Shown piece by piece: positions 10,044 to 18,738 of a DNA stretch of 37,710 bases (positions within the stretch are counted from its first letter, which is position 1; the number at the start of each line of letters is the position of its first letter). The notes beneath the pieces were generated by a model, which was not told the origin of the DNA, made no database searches, and worked only from the letters and a program-made list of their open reading frames with translations. Source of the stretch: Candidatus Tectimicrobiota bacterium (GTDB taxonomy: Bacteria > JACPUC01); NCBI GenBank assembly GCA_016192455.1, contig JACPUC010000011.1, forward strand, positions 186,001 to 223,710. The letters run 5' to 3'. The position numbers were made by a program, and so were the translations under genes.

Positions 10044-11357
10044 TTACCGTTGATCTGGGGCGCTCTGGACATCTGCTGGGCACGCACCAACCTCCGCGCA
10101 GGATGTGTGTTTGTTTTCGAGGAGTTGGGAAACCGCGGCCCTCACCTGCTCGACCGTGATGGCAAGAATGCAATGGGCCTTGGCAGCCGTGCACGCATCA
10201 ATACACGGCATGCGCGCCGCCTCTGGCTGAAGCACAATATGAGGTACTCCCCAAGGGCCGAAGCGCAAGGGGGAATTGGGGTGTTCAGACGCACCGTCCT
10301 TCGGGTGCCCCGATATTTCAACCACAGGAACACCTGCCGCCGCCGCCAAATGCATCGGGCCTGAGTCGTTGCCCACGTAGACGTGACAGCGTTTCAGCAG
10401 GGCGGCTGTTTGACGCAGCGTTGCCTTGCCCACTGCGTTGATGACTTTAGCGCCGAGTTGCTTCTGGAGCTCCTGGCCCAGCGGTTCCTCCCCAGATCCC
10501 CCGACGACGATGATACGGGCGTCATATTCCTTGCCGAGCCGGTGGCTAAGCTCGACGAAGCCGGAGAGTGGCCATATCCGCTTCGGAGAACGCGACCCAG
10601 GACCGAAGCCGATCAGCAAGTCATCAGTCCTCACACCGTGGGTTCGCAGCGCCCGTTCAGCGAATGCCTCATCTTCACAGCCCAACCACAATTCGAGATG
10701 GTCCTTTTGAACCTTGCCGCCCAGGAAGCGAATTACCTCCAGGTTATGCTCCACTGAATGCTTGAGGGTACGGTCAGTCAAAGGATGAGTAAGCAGGCGG
10801 TCATACCCACGGTTAACCTGACGCTTGTGGTCGCTTACGTTTTCCGAGTAGCCTACCCGCAAGTCCGCTCCGCTCACGTAGGCAAGAAACACGGCATGAT
10901 AGTAATCAGCATCCCAACGCGGAACGATCGCCATATCGAAACGGCGACGCCAGAGGTGCCTATATGAAAGCCAGAGGGCGCGCCAACGGCGCTGCAAAGG
11001 AGCTGCATATCGGGCAACTCTCCAATCGTAGGTGAGCACCTCGTTCACATAGGGGAAGAGTTCCACCAGGTTGTACACGTCAGGCTTCACCACCAGGGTG
11101 ATCCAGGAATCGGGCGCATTCCGCCGTAGCTCGCGCAAGAACGCCGAAGTCAGCACTACATCGCCGATCTCGTCCAGTCGCACAACAAGGAGACTCGGGG
11201 CGACGGCCAAGCTCGTCCCTTTGCCACCGTGCCGATCTTTAAAACATCTAACCACTGCCTCACCCAAAAAGAAGGCAACACGCGGGGATTCAAGAAACGC
11301 TGACACTTGCCGGATACAGCTACGAGCAAGGGCCCTTGTTCTTTTCGTAATACTCAT
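10044..11357 (-). CDS. Glycosyltransferase family 9 (heptosyltransferase-like)
   Basis: VVRLDEIGDVVL, PGSRSPKRIWP, VGNDSGPMHLAAA. Confidence 0.9.
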   Translation of the reverse strand: MSITKRTRALARSCIRQVSAFLESPRVAFFLGEAVVRCFKDRHGGKGTSLAVAPSLLVVRLDEIGDVVLTSAFLRELRRNAPDSWITLVVKPDVYNLVELFPYVNEVLTYDWRVARYAAPLQRRWRALWLSYRHLWRRRFDMAIVPRWDADYYHAVFLAYVSGADLRVGYSENVSDHKRQVNRGYDRLLTHPLTDRTLKHSVEHNLEVIRFLGGKVQKDHLELWLGCEDEAFAERALRTHGVRTDDLLIGFGPGSRSPKRIWPLSGFVELSHRLGKEYDARIIVVGGSGEEPLGQELQKQLGAKVINAVGKATLRQTAALLKRCHVYVGNDSGPMHLAAAAGVPVVEISGHPKDGASEHPNSPLRFGPWGVPHIVLQPEAARMPCIDACTAAKAHCILAITVEQVRAAVSQLLENKHTSCAEVGACPADVQSAPDQR

Positions 11358-12013
11358 GCTTTGACGTCACCTTGCTTTCGCCCACACACATAGAAGCTCT
11401 GCATCGCATCAGGCCCGTCATCATATTGTACAATTTGACATCTGAGGCCTACCAATCCAGTTTTTATAATCTCTGGCGTTGGAATCCACTTATGTCCATC
11501 ACCAACAAATGGCGATCCAGGGCGCCAGATGGCACAATCGGGATGCGGTAGGTAGAGGAATACGATCCCGCCTATTGTTAGCTTTCTGATCCATTCTCTG
11601 AGAGCCTCGTGCCAATGTTCGATATGTTCTAGACAATGTGAACTGAAGATATAGTCGAGACTAGCATTCACAAAATCAGAGCAACTCTTTCCAACACCTC
11701 GTCCTCTCCACACATCTACAGGAATCGCACCCGGAAACGGCCACAGTCCTGCACCGATGTCAATACCATTTCCCTTGCATAATGGAGAGGCTACCCGAAA
11801 GATGGCGTGAGCAGCTCCACCGATAGTGAGGTAGTCGGGATAGAACCTGGCTTTATACCGCCACCCGCCTGGTTCACGCTTAAGCTCGGTATGTTGATAC
11901 AAGTGTCGATAAACGTGAAACAAATCTGGGGCGTCCGGCAGCGTTTCGAGGGGGCGAATACAGCGCCGCAAGGCCGCCACCAAAGGCCTAAAAAGCACAA
12001 ACGGCCAAGGCAT
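11354..12013 (-). CDS. Class I SAM-dependent methyltransferase
   Basis: GIDIGAG, DYIFSSHCLEH, GGIVFLYLP; start at 12013 or 12031. Confidence 0.85.
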   Translation of the reverse strand: MPWPFVLFRPLVAALRRCIRPLETLPDAPDLFHVYRHLYQHTELKREPGGWRYKARFYPDYLTIGGAAHAIFRVASPLCKGNGIDIGAGLWPFPGAIPVDVWRGRGVGKSCSDFVNASLDYIFSSHCLEHIEHWHEALREWIRKLTIGGIVFLYLPHPDCAIWRPGSPFVGDGHKWIPTPEIIKTGLVGLRCQIVQYDDGPDAMQSFYVCGRKQGDVKA

Positions 12014-12023
12014 ATTGAATTCC

Positions 12024-12929
12024 CTACGCAAGAGATTGCTGAACCTCCCCCAATGCCGGCTTCCTCAGTACGCACACCTCATGCCCCAACCACAGCCGCT
12101 CGGACAGGTCGAGAATCCGCAATCCGGCGCGCCCTGCAAGCTCTTCCATTGCCCTGTCGGTGAATATGTGAATGTGTTCAATTTCATCGAATGCGATGGG
12201 GAACATATTGCCCAGTGGCGGTTGAAAGTCGTAGCGATTAATCGGGCACTGGAGAATTCCGATGCCGCCATGTCTCAAGAGGTCTGCCGCGCCCTTGAGG
12301 AAAGCCTCAGGATCAAGCGAGTGCTCGATAACATCGAAGGCGAGAAAAAGGTCGCAAGGGGGGAGTTCGCAGGCTGGGAATATGCCCGCGCGAACGTCAA
12401 GCCCGGTCTTCTGTCGCGTCCATTGCGCCGTTCGCTCGTCCGGCTCCACGCCGATGCACTCATAACCCTGCCGCTGTAATAGCGACAAGAGGACGCCATG
12501 CGCACAGCCAACCTCAATTACACTTCCCTGCTTCGGCCCGTAGCGCTTGACGAGGTCAAGCCAGTAGTCTACCCTACCATCTCCTAGGTCATTCTTAGTA
12601 CGGCCTTCTATGGGTGGGAAGCCCTTCATTTGCTGCCTCTTATGCCAGTAGAGGTCAAAGGCGTATACCTTTTCAAGCTCTTCGGCGAGAGGTGGGCGTT
12701 TGTTGACGTAGCAACCGCACTCTGCACATACGCCATAGCTTTCGTGCCAGGGGAATGGCCCGAGGGAGCCCCCGCACCAGCACCGGTCGCGCTCCTGGCG
12801 ACGAATCCGCTTATAGCGCCGCATGGACATGTATCCTAAAAACCGGCGATGCACTCCTCGTGCGGAGCGGAAAGGATGAAAAAAGTGCCGCAAGCGTAGA
12901 GACACTAGGGCTCCTTTGTGATTTGCCAC
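12024..12929 (-). CDS. Class I SAM-dependent methyltransferase with N-terminal Cys (putative Zn) motif
   Basis: CWC...CAEC, IEVGCAHG, GVEPD, FDVIEH. Confidence 0.85.
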   Translation of the reverse strand: MANHKGALVSLRLRHFFHPFRSARGVHRRFLGYMSMRRYKRIRRQERDRCWCGGSLGPFPWHESYGVCAECGCYVNKRPPLAEELEKVYAFDLYWHKRQQMKGFPPIEGRTKNDLGDGRVDYWLDLVKRYGPKQGSVIEVGCAHGVLLSLLQRQGYECIGVEPDERTAQWTRQKTGLDVRAGIFPACELPPCDLFLAFDVIEHSLDPEAFLKGAADLLRHGGIGILQCPINRYDFQPPLGNMFPIAFDEIEHIHIFTDRAMEELAGRAGLRILDLSERLWLGHEVCVLRKPALGEVQQSLA

Positions 12930-14185
12930 TTGATGAGTGGGGCGACCAAACCAAGACGATCATCCAAAGACTTAACAGAATATTCTGGAGCTATTTCAAA
13001 TGTAACCACATCGTCAAGGCGGTCATACGAATTTCGTCCAGGTAAATGCGCTCCGACAACAAGGGAATACATTCCAGGGGCGAGAAAGTGTTCGGGAATA
13101 TGAACGCATGCTCGATGAGATCCTGGCATTTTTTGGAGTGCCGACGTTCCACTTGCGTCAGAATCCGCTGTTGTGAAAATGGGCAACCCCTCAGCATTAT
13201 GAATCCGCAAACCGATTTGGCACGCGTCTAACGGACGACTAACGATGTATCTGATAGTGATGGTTATCGGTTTATCAGCACGGAATAAACGCCCCGGTGA
13301 TTCTTGCTCCTGGCAAGCAGAAATGTTCGTAAACACCAACTCTTTGCAGCTTGGCATTGAGCCTTCTCTACTCCATGTATTCCTCGTATGTAGCGAATCA
13401 CTGAGATAGGAGTTGATAACTATGCACGAAGAATCGTCGAGGATGATTATACCGCCACCTAGGAGGACGGATCGCGGACAAAGCCGCTGCACCGCCCTCA
13501 TATTATGGCTCACGAACAAGACCGTCCGCCCCTCCTTCGCCACGTCGCCCATTTTGCCGAGGCATTTCTTTTGGAAGGCGGCGTCGCCGACGGCGAGGAC
13601 TTCGTCGACGAGGAGGATTTCGGGTTCGAGGTGGGCGGCGACGGCGAAGGCGAGGCGGACGTACATGCCGCTGGAGTAGTGCTTGACGGGGGTGTCGATG
13701 AACTTCTCGATCTCGGAGAAGTCGACGATCTCGTCGAACTTGCGGACGATCTCGGCCTTGCGCATGCCGAGGATGGCGCCGTTGAGGTAGATGTTCTCGC
13801 GTCCGGTGAGCTCCGGGTGGAAGCCGGTGCCGACCTCCAGGAGGGAGCCGATGCGGCCGTAGACTTCGGCGCGTCCGGCGGTCGGTTCGGTGATGCGGGA
13901 GAGGATTTTCAGCAGGGTGCTCTTGCCGGCGCCGTTGCGGCCGATGACGCCGACGACCTCGCCGCGCTTCACGTCGAAGGAGACATCCTTCAGCGCCCAG
14001 ATGTGGGTGTCGTCAGGTTGGCCGTTGTCTCCGGCCTTGTTGCGTCCGTTGAAGAGGGAGGCGGCGGCGCGGAAGGGGGCGTACAGCGCATCGGTCATGG
14101 TGTCGCGCAGGGCTTTGTACTTCTGGCGCGCGCCGATGCGGTAGCGCTTGCCGAGTCCTTCGACGCGGATGGCGACGTCGCTCAT
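12905..14185 (-). CDS. wzt: Polysaccharide ABC exporter ATP-binding subunit with C-terminal Wzt_C carbohydrate-binding domain
   Basis: GRNGAGKST, YSSGM, LLVDEVLAVGD, VSHN; beta-rich C-terminal extension (LAPGMYSL); ATG at 14185 downstream of TAAGGAG. Confidence 0.93.
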   Translation of the reverse strand: MSDVAIRVEGLGKRYRIGARQKYKALRDTMTDALYAPFRAAASLFNGRNKAGDNGQPDDTHIWALKDVSFDVKRGEVVGVIGRNGAGKSTLLKILSRITEPTAGRAEVYGRIGSLLEVGTGFHPELTGRENIYLNGAILGMRKAEIVRKFDEIVDFSEIEKFIDTPVKHYSSGMYVRLAFAVAAHLEPEILLVDEVLAVGDAAFQKKCLGKMGDVAKEGRTVLFVSHNMRAVQRLCPRSVLLGGGIIILDDSSCIVINSYLSDSLHTRNTWSREGSMPSCKELVFTNISACQEQESPGRLFRADKPITITIRYIVSRPLDACQIGLRIHNAEGLPIFTTADSDASGTSALQKMPGSHRACVHIPEHFLAPGMYSLVVGAHLPGRNSYDRLDDVVTFEIAPEYSVKSLDDRLGLVAPLIKWQITKEP

Positions 14186-14223
14186 GGTCGTGTTGTGTCT
14201 CCTTAATTCCATGACGTAATTCT

Positions 14224-14315
14224 GCGAGGGGACCGTGTCCCCTCGCGCACCCCGTCTACGCGAACCGCTGCGCAGCTCGCGGGGATTGGGGGTGTGGGGA
14301 GCAAGGGTCCCCCAC
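14224..14315. repeat. Three-hairpin palindromic intergenic repeat, copy 1
   Basis: GCGAGGGGA-ccgtg-TCCCCTCGC; CGCGAACCGC-tgc-GCAGCTCGCG; GTGGGGA...TCCCCCAC. Closely similar to 15313-15405. Confidence 0.85.
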
Positions 14316-14383
14316 AAGAAATTTCCCTTTCACATGGCATGACCAAGGCGTCGAAGAGAGAATCGAATTTATGAGACGTAACA

Positions 14384-15394
14384 CTATCGTCCTCCCGAAC
14401 CGACGGCATCGACGAAGGTGCGTTCGCGGTAACGGAACCAGATGATGCCGCTGAGGAAGAGACAGACGGAGAAGGCGGCGGAGATGAGGAGCATGGGCGA
14501 GGGGCCGTCGCCGATCCCCAGCAGCGCCCAGCGGAAGCCTTCGACCACGCCGGTCATCGGATTGAGGCCAAATAGAGGGCGCCAATAGTCAGGAATCATA
14601 CTGCTTGGGTACACGACTGGGGTGAGAAAGAGCCAGAATTGGGTCAGAAAAGGTACAACATACGCCACGTCGCGGTACTCGAGATTGAGGGCGGAGAGCC
14701 AGAATCCGACGCCGAGGGAGGTGACGAGCATGAGCAGGACGAAGGCGGGGAGCAGGAGGACGGCGGCGCCGGGGGCGATGCCGTAGATGATCATGAGGAC
14801 GACGAGCAGGGCGCTGGAAACGAGGAAATCGACGAGGGCGGCGAGGGTGGCGGAGAGGGGGACGATGATGCGCGGGAAGTAGACGCGGGTGATGAGCCGC
14901 TGGTCGGTGACGAGGCTGTTGGTGGTCTCCGAGAGGGTGCGCGAGAAGAGCTGCCAGGGGAGCAGCGCCACGTAGGCGAAGATGGGGTACGGCACGCCTT
15001 CCGACGGTATCTTGGCGAGGCGTCCGAAGAAGAGGGTGAAGACGATCATCATGGCGAGGGGCTGGATGACGGCCCAGGCGACGCCGATGGCGGTCTGCTT
15101 GTAGCGCACCTTGATGTCGCGCCAAGTGAGGAAGTAGACGAGCTCGCGGTAGGCCCAGATTTCCCGCAAGTCGAGGAAGCGCCAGCCGCGCGTCGGCTGG
15201 ATGACGAAGGTGGGCTGGCCGTTGGCGGCGAGCTCGGAGGGCAGAAGCGCGGTTTCGCTTGCGTTCGTGAGGGTCGTCGTGGCGTGGCTCCTGGTTATTG
15301 GGTAAGGAGGGTGCGAGGGAGCGGCGCCCCCTCGCGCACCCCGCATACGCGAGCCGCTACGCGGCTCGCGGGAGTTGGGGGTGTGGGGGAGCAA
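14384..15394 (-). CDS. wzm: Polysaccharide ABC-2 exporter permease; real start unclear (possibly ACG at 15280)
   Basis: WRDIKVRYKQTAIGVAWAVIQP, VYFPR, YRDV, LNPMTGVVEGFR. Confidence 0.92.
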   Translation of the reverse strand: MLPHTPNSREPRSGSRMRGARGGAAPSHPPYPITRSHATTTLTNASETALLPSELAANGQPTFVIQPTRGWRFLDLREIWAYRELVYFLTWRDIKVRYKQTAIGVAWAVIQPLAMMIVFTLFFGRLAKIPSEGVPYPIFAYVALLPWQLFSRTLSETTNSLVTDQRLITRVYFPRIIVPLSATLAALVDFLVSSALLVVLMIIYGIAPGAAVLLLPAFVLLMLVTSLGVGFWLSALNLEYRDVAYVVPFLTQFWLFLTPVVYPSSMIPDYWRPLFGLNPMTGVVEGFRWALLGIGDGPSPMLLISAAFSVCLFLSGIIWFRYRERTFVDAVGSGGR

Positions 15395-15405
15395 GGGTCC
15401 CCCAC
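15313..15405. repeat. Three-hairpin palindromic repeat, copy 2
   Basis: GCGAGGG...CCCTCGC; perfect CGCGAGCCGC-tac-GCGGCTCGCG; GTGGGGGA-gcaaggg-TCCCCCAC. Confidence 0.85.
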
Positions 15406-15460
15406 GAAAAAAGTCCCTTCTAGCGCATCAACTTTGTCAGCTAACCTGCGAGACATACCG

Positions 15461-16453
15461 CTAGTTGACGATGAACTGATGATTGCGGTAGCGCGGGCTG
15501 GTGGGCTCGGGGATGAGGCCGGATTCGAGGGTCGTCAGCACCTCGATGATGCCGTCCTCGACGGTGCGCAGGGGGAGAAAGCCGAGCATGCAGCGGATCT
15601 TCTCGAAGGAGACGCGCACGTCGCGCATGTCTTCGCCGAAGGAGAGGTCGCGCACCTCGACGGTGACGCCCGGCACGTGTTTCTGTACCAGGGTGACGAT
15701 CTCTTGCTTCGAGTGGTTGCCCGTCTCCGAGCCGACGTTGAAGATTTGATTGCGCACGGTGGGCAGGGGCGCCTCCTGCAGCAGGAGGAGCGCATCCACC
15801 ACGTCGGCGACGTGCACGAAGGAGCGAAAGTAGTCGCGCTGGTAGATGACGAGCTTGCGGTGGCGCAGGGCCTCGAGGACGAACTGGTTGACGATGAGGT
15901 CGAAGCGGGTGCGGGGCGAGATGCCGAAGAGGGTGGCGAAACGCGGGATGATGGGGGCGCAGCGAGACGCCCGGCCGCGTTCGAGCAGCCACTCCTCGGC
16001 GGCGATCTTGGTGCGGGCGTAGAGCGACTGCGGGTTGAGCGGCGACTCCTCGGTGACCGCCTCGCCGTTGGGCGCGATGCCGTAGTTGCTGTAGGTCGAG
16101 GCGAGGATGAAGCGCTCGACGCCGGCGCGCTCGCTGGCCTCGAAGACGCGCTTCGTCGCCTCGGTGTTGTACTTGTAGGCAACGGCGTCGCCCACCTGCT
16201 GGCAGGCCGGGAAACCGACGATGGCGGCCAGGTGGTAGACGATCTCGATGCCCGGCAGCAGCTCGTCGAGGGCGTCCTGCGTCACGTCCGCCTTGGCGAA
16301 GCGGAAGCGCGGATGCCCGAAGAACCCCAGCAGCGACTCGCCGCCGAACATCAGCGCATCGACCACGGTGACTTCATGCCCCTGCGCCAGGAGCGTGCCG
16401 GTGAGGAGGGAGCCGATGTAGCCCGCGCCGCCGGTGATGAGCACCTTTCGCAT
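15461..16453 (-). CDS. NAD-dependent nucleotide-sugar epimerase/dehydratase (extended SDR)
   Basis: TGGAGYIG, HLAAIVG, YARTK (YxxxK), RSFVHVAD. Confidence 0.92.
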   Translation of the reverse strand: MRKVLITGGAGYIGSLLTGTLLAQGHEVTVVDALMFGGESLLGFFGHPRFRFAKADVTQDALDELLPGIEIVYHLAAIVGFPACQQVGDAVAYKYNTEATKRVFEASERAGVERFILASTYSNYGIAPNGEAVTEESPLNPQSLYARTKIAAEEWLLERGRASRCAPIIPRFATLFGISPRTRFDLIVNQFVLEALRHRKLVIYQRDYFRSFVHVADVVDALLLLQEAPLPTVRNQIFNVGSETGNHSKQEIVTLVQKHVPGVTVEVRDLSFGEDMRDVRVSFEKIRCMLGFLPLRTVEDGIIEVLTTLESGLIPEPTSPRYRNHQFIVN

Positions 16454-16508
16454 TGTTTCTCCCTAGAGCCTTTGGCGAGGCAGCCGCGCCCCCGGAACAA
16501 TGTTCCGC

Positions 16509-16545
16509 GCGCACCCCGGTTACGCGAGCTGCTGGGCAGTTCGCG
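16509..16545. repeat. Partial third copy (core) of the palindromic repeat
   Basis: GCGCACCCCGgtTACGCGAGCTGCtggGCAGTTCGCG matches the core of copies 1 and 2. Confidence 0.7.
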
Positions 16546-16635
16546 AGGAGAGAGAACAGGACGCCTACCGCTTGCTCTGAGGCCCCTTGTCTCGAGCCAG
16601 GAGAAGTGCGGTTCCCTCGCCCGCCAAGCCGAGCC

Positions 16636-18738
16636 TCACTCTGCCCGCTCCCGTGGTTGCGTCGCCTCGCGAGGTCGCGCGCGATCAACTCCAGGTCGCG
16701 CCAATGCCGCCTCGCGCCGGAGCAACTCGCCAGGAGCGGGGAACGCGGCGCGCACCGCGGGGGAGCCGTTCGCGGCAACCCCGACAGGCGGGCCGAGCGG
16801 CCGCGAGGCGGGACGAGAGGTGGGCTGGTACTGCTCTTTCGTTCCCTCGCCGCCCCAGGGGTAGGAGACGTTCCGCAGGTCCAGGACGAACTCCGAGAGC
16901 AGGATGCCGCGCGCGGTACAGAGCTTCTCCACCTCCTCCAACTGCCCGCCGTTCACGCGCGGCGTCGAGAGGACGATCTGCGAGACCGGACGCTGGTCGA
17001 GGAATGCCGCCAGGGTCTTCGAGGTGCAGACGACCGGATAGCCGTGCAGCGAGAATCCCTGTTTCTTCGGATCGTCGTCGATGAAGCCGCGGATTTCCCA
17101 CTCGGCGCGGCGGTGGTGGTGGAGTTCGTGGAGGAGCTGCGCGCCCCGCCAGCCGGCGCCGTAGATGAGCATGCCATGCCGCTGCTCTGCTTGAGCGGGT
17201 TCGCGTGCCGCGCGCGACGGCTGGGCTCCCGCTGCGATGCGGAAGGAGAGCCGGAAGCCGCCGCAGAGGAGGACCAGGAAGAGGAAATCGGAGAGGAAGA
17301 CGGAGATCGGAAGCGTCGGCAGATCGTAGAGGGTGAACAGGAGGGCGGCCGCGAAGAACGTCGCCAGGGCCACCACCCGCGTCAACTTCAGAAGCTCGTG
17401 CACGCTGCTGTAGCGCCAGACGCTGCGGTAGAGTCCGCCGAGGTAGAAGACGCAGAGCTGCACGAAGAGGATCACCGGCAGGCCGGTTCGCAGCAGGTCG
17501 AGCAGGAGGTGCCGCTCCGCCCAGCCGTAGCGCAGGGAGAGGGCGAGCCAGAAGGCCAGCGCGATGAAGAGGACATCGGCGCCGAGCTGCACGAGTCGCC
17601 GCTCGATAATCGGCAGGGCGTAGATGCGGCTCACCCGTTCCGCGGCGCGGCCCGGCAGGTGCAGGTAGCCCAGCCGGTGCAGCCCGATGCAGGTCGCCAG
17701 CACCACCGTCGCCAGCAGGAAGCCGGCGTTGAGGTTCTTCCAAGCGACGCTGGCGAAGGCGCTGACGCAGAGCGCCAGCGACACCGCGTAGAGGGAAAGC
17801 ACCGTGCGGCGGTGCGAGAGGCCCAGCTTCAGGAGGCGATGATGGATGTGGTCGCGGTCGGCCTCGAACATGCTCTTCGAGCCGTAGAAGAGGACGCGCA
17901 GCTTCCCCTGCCGGCTCAGGTCGAGCAGGTGGGTTGCCTTGAGGAAACGGCGGACCATCGACAGCAGGGTGTCGGTGAGCGGGATGCCGAGACAGAGGAT
18001 CGGCGTCAGGATGGAGACGATGGTGGCGCTGCGCAGCGAGCCTTCGATGGTGATGGTCGAGACGACGAAGCCGAGGAAGAGGCTGCCGCTGTCGCCCAGG
18101 AAGATGGATGCCGGATTGAAGTTGTAGCGCAGGAAGCCGATCGCCGCGCCGGCGAGGATCGCCGCCACCAGCAGGAGCGCCGTATCCTGATTCATGAAGG
18201 CGATGCCGCCGATGCTGAGGGCGACGATGAAGGCGGCGCCCGTGGCCAGGCCGTCGAGGCCGTCGATGAGGTTGAAGGCGTTCGTGATGCCGACCACCCA
18301 GAGGATGGTGATCGGGATCGACAGCCAACCCAGCTCGATCGTCTCGGCCAGGAAGGGCACGCCAAGGGTGCGGATGCGCCAGCCGAGGAGGGTGAGCGAC
18401 AGGGCCGCCAGCCCCTGGACGAGCAGCTTCGCGCGCGCCGACACCCCGCGCAGGTCGTCGATCACCCCCAGGAGGAAGAGGCTCGGCGCAACGAGGAGGA
18501 GGGCGCGCACGAGGTGCTGTTTCGGGGCCAGCAGCCCCGCGCCGGTCGCCAGGGCCACGGTGAGACTGAAGGCGAGGAAGACGGAGACGCCACCCAGGAG
18601 GGGGATCGGTTTCGCATGCAGCTTGCGGCCGCCGGGATAGTCGAAGACTCCCAGTCGAACCGCCCAGCGGCGCGCCAGCGGCGTCAGCGACAGGCTGAGC
18701 GCGGCGGCCATCAAGAAGGAGAGGGTGATGGTGATCAT
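16636..18738 (-). CDS. wecA: WecA/TagO-type undecaprenyl-P HexNAc-1-P transferase fused to a CapD/PglF-type N-terminal TM + Rossmann (CoA_binding_3-like) module
   Basis: GVIDD, NAFNLIDGLDG, FLGDSGS, ADRDHIHHRL; followed by GLYRSVWRYSS, LIYGAG, GFIDDDP. Confidence 0.85.
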   Translation of the reverse strand: MITITLSFLMAAALSLSLTPLARRWAVRLGVFDYPGGRKLHAKPIPLLGGVSVFLAFSLTVALATGAGLLAPKQHLVRALLLVAPSLFLLGVIDDLRGVSARAKLLVQGLAALSLTLLGWRIRTLGVPFLAETIELGWLSIPITILWVVGITNAFNLIDGLDGLATGAAFIVALSIGGIAFMNQDTALLLVAAILAGAAIGFLRYNFNPASIFLGDSGSLFLGFVVSTITIEGSLRSATIVSILTPILCLGIPLTDTLLSMVRRFLKATHLLDLSRQGKLRVLFYGSKSMFEADRDHIHHRLLKLGLSHRRTVLSLYAVSLALCVSAFASVAWKNLNAGFLLATVVLATCIGLHRLGYLHLPGRAAERVSRIYALPIIERRLVQLGADVLFIALAFWLALSLRYGWAERHLLLDLLRTGLPVILFVQLCVFYLGGLYRSVWRYSSVHELLKLTRVVALATFFAAALLFTLYDLPTLPISVFLSDFLFLVLLCGGFRLSFRIAAGAQPSRAAREPAQAEQRHGMLIYGAGWRGAQLLHELHHHRRAEWEIRGFIDDDPKKQGFSLHGYPVVCTSKTLAAFLDQRPVSQIVLSTPRVNGGQLEEVEKLCTARGILLSEFVLDLRNVSYPWGGEGTKEQYQPTSRPASRPLGPPVGVAANGSPAVRAAFPAPGELLRREAALARPGVDRARPREATQPRERAE

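Noticed and set aside
14186-14317. N-terminal extension of Wzt in the ORF track
   Set aside because: It is a translation of the palindromic repeat; the RBS and family homology begin at 14185.
14224-16545. Palindromic repeats as a CRISPR array
   Set aside because: The copies are about 1.1 kb apart and separated by genes, and there are no cas genes.
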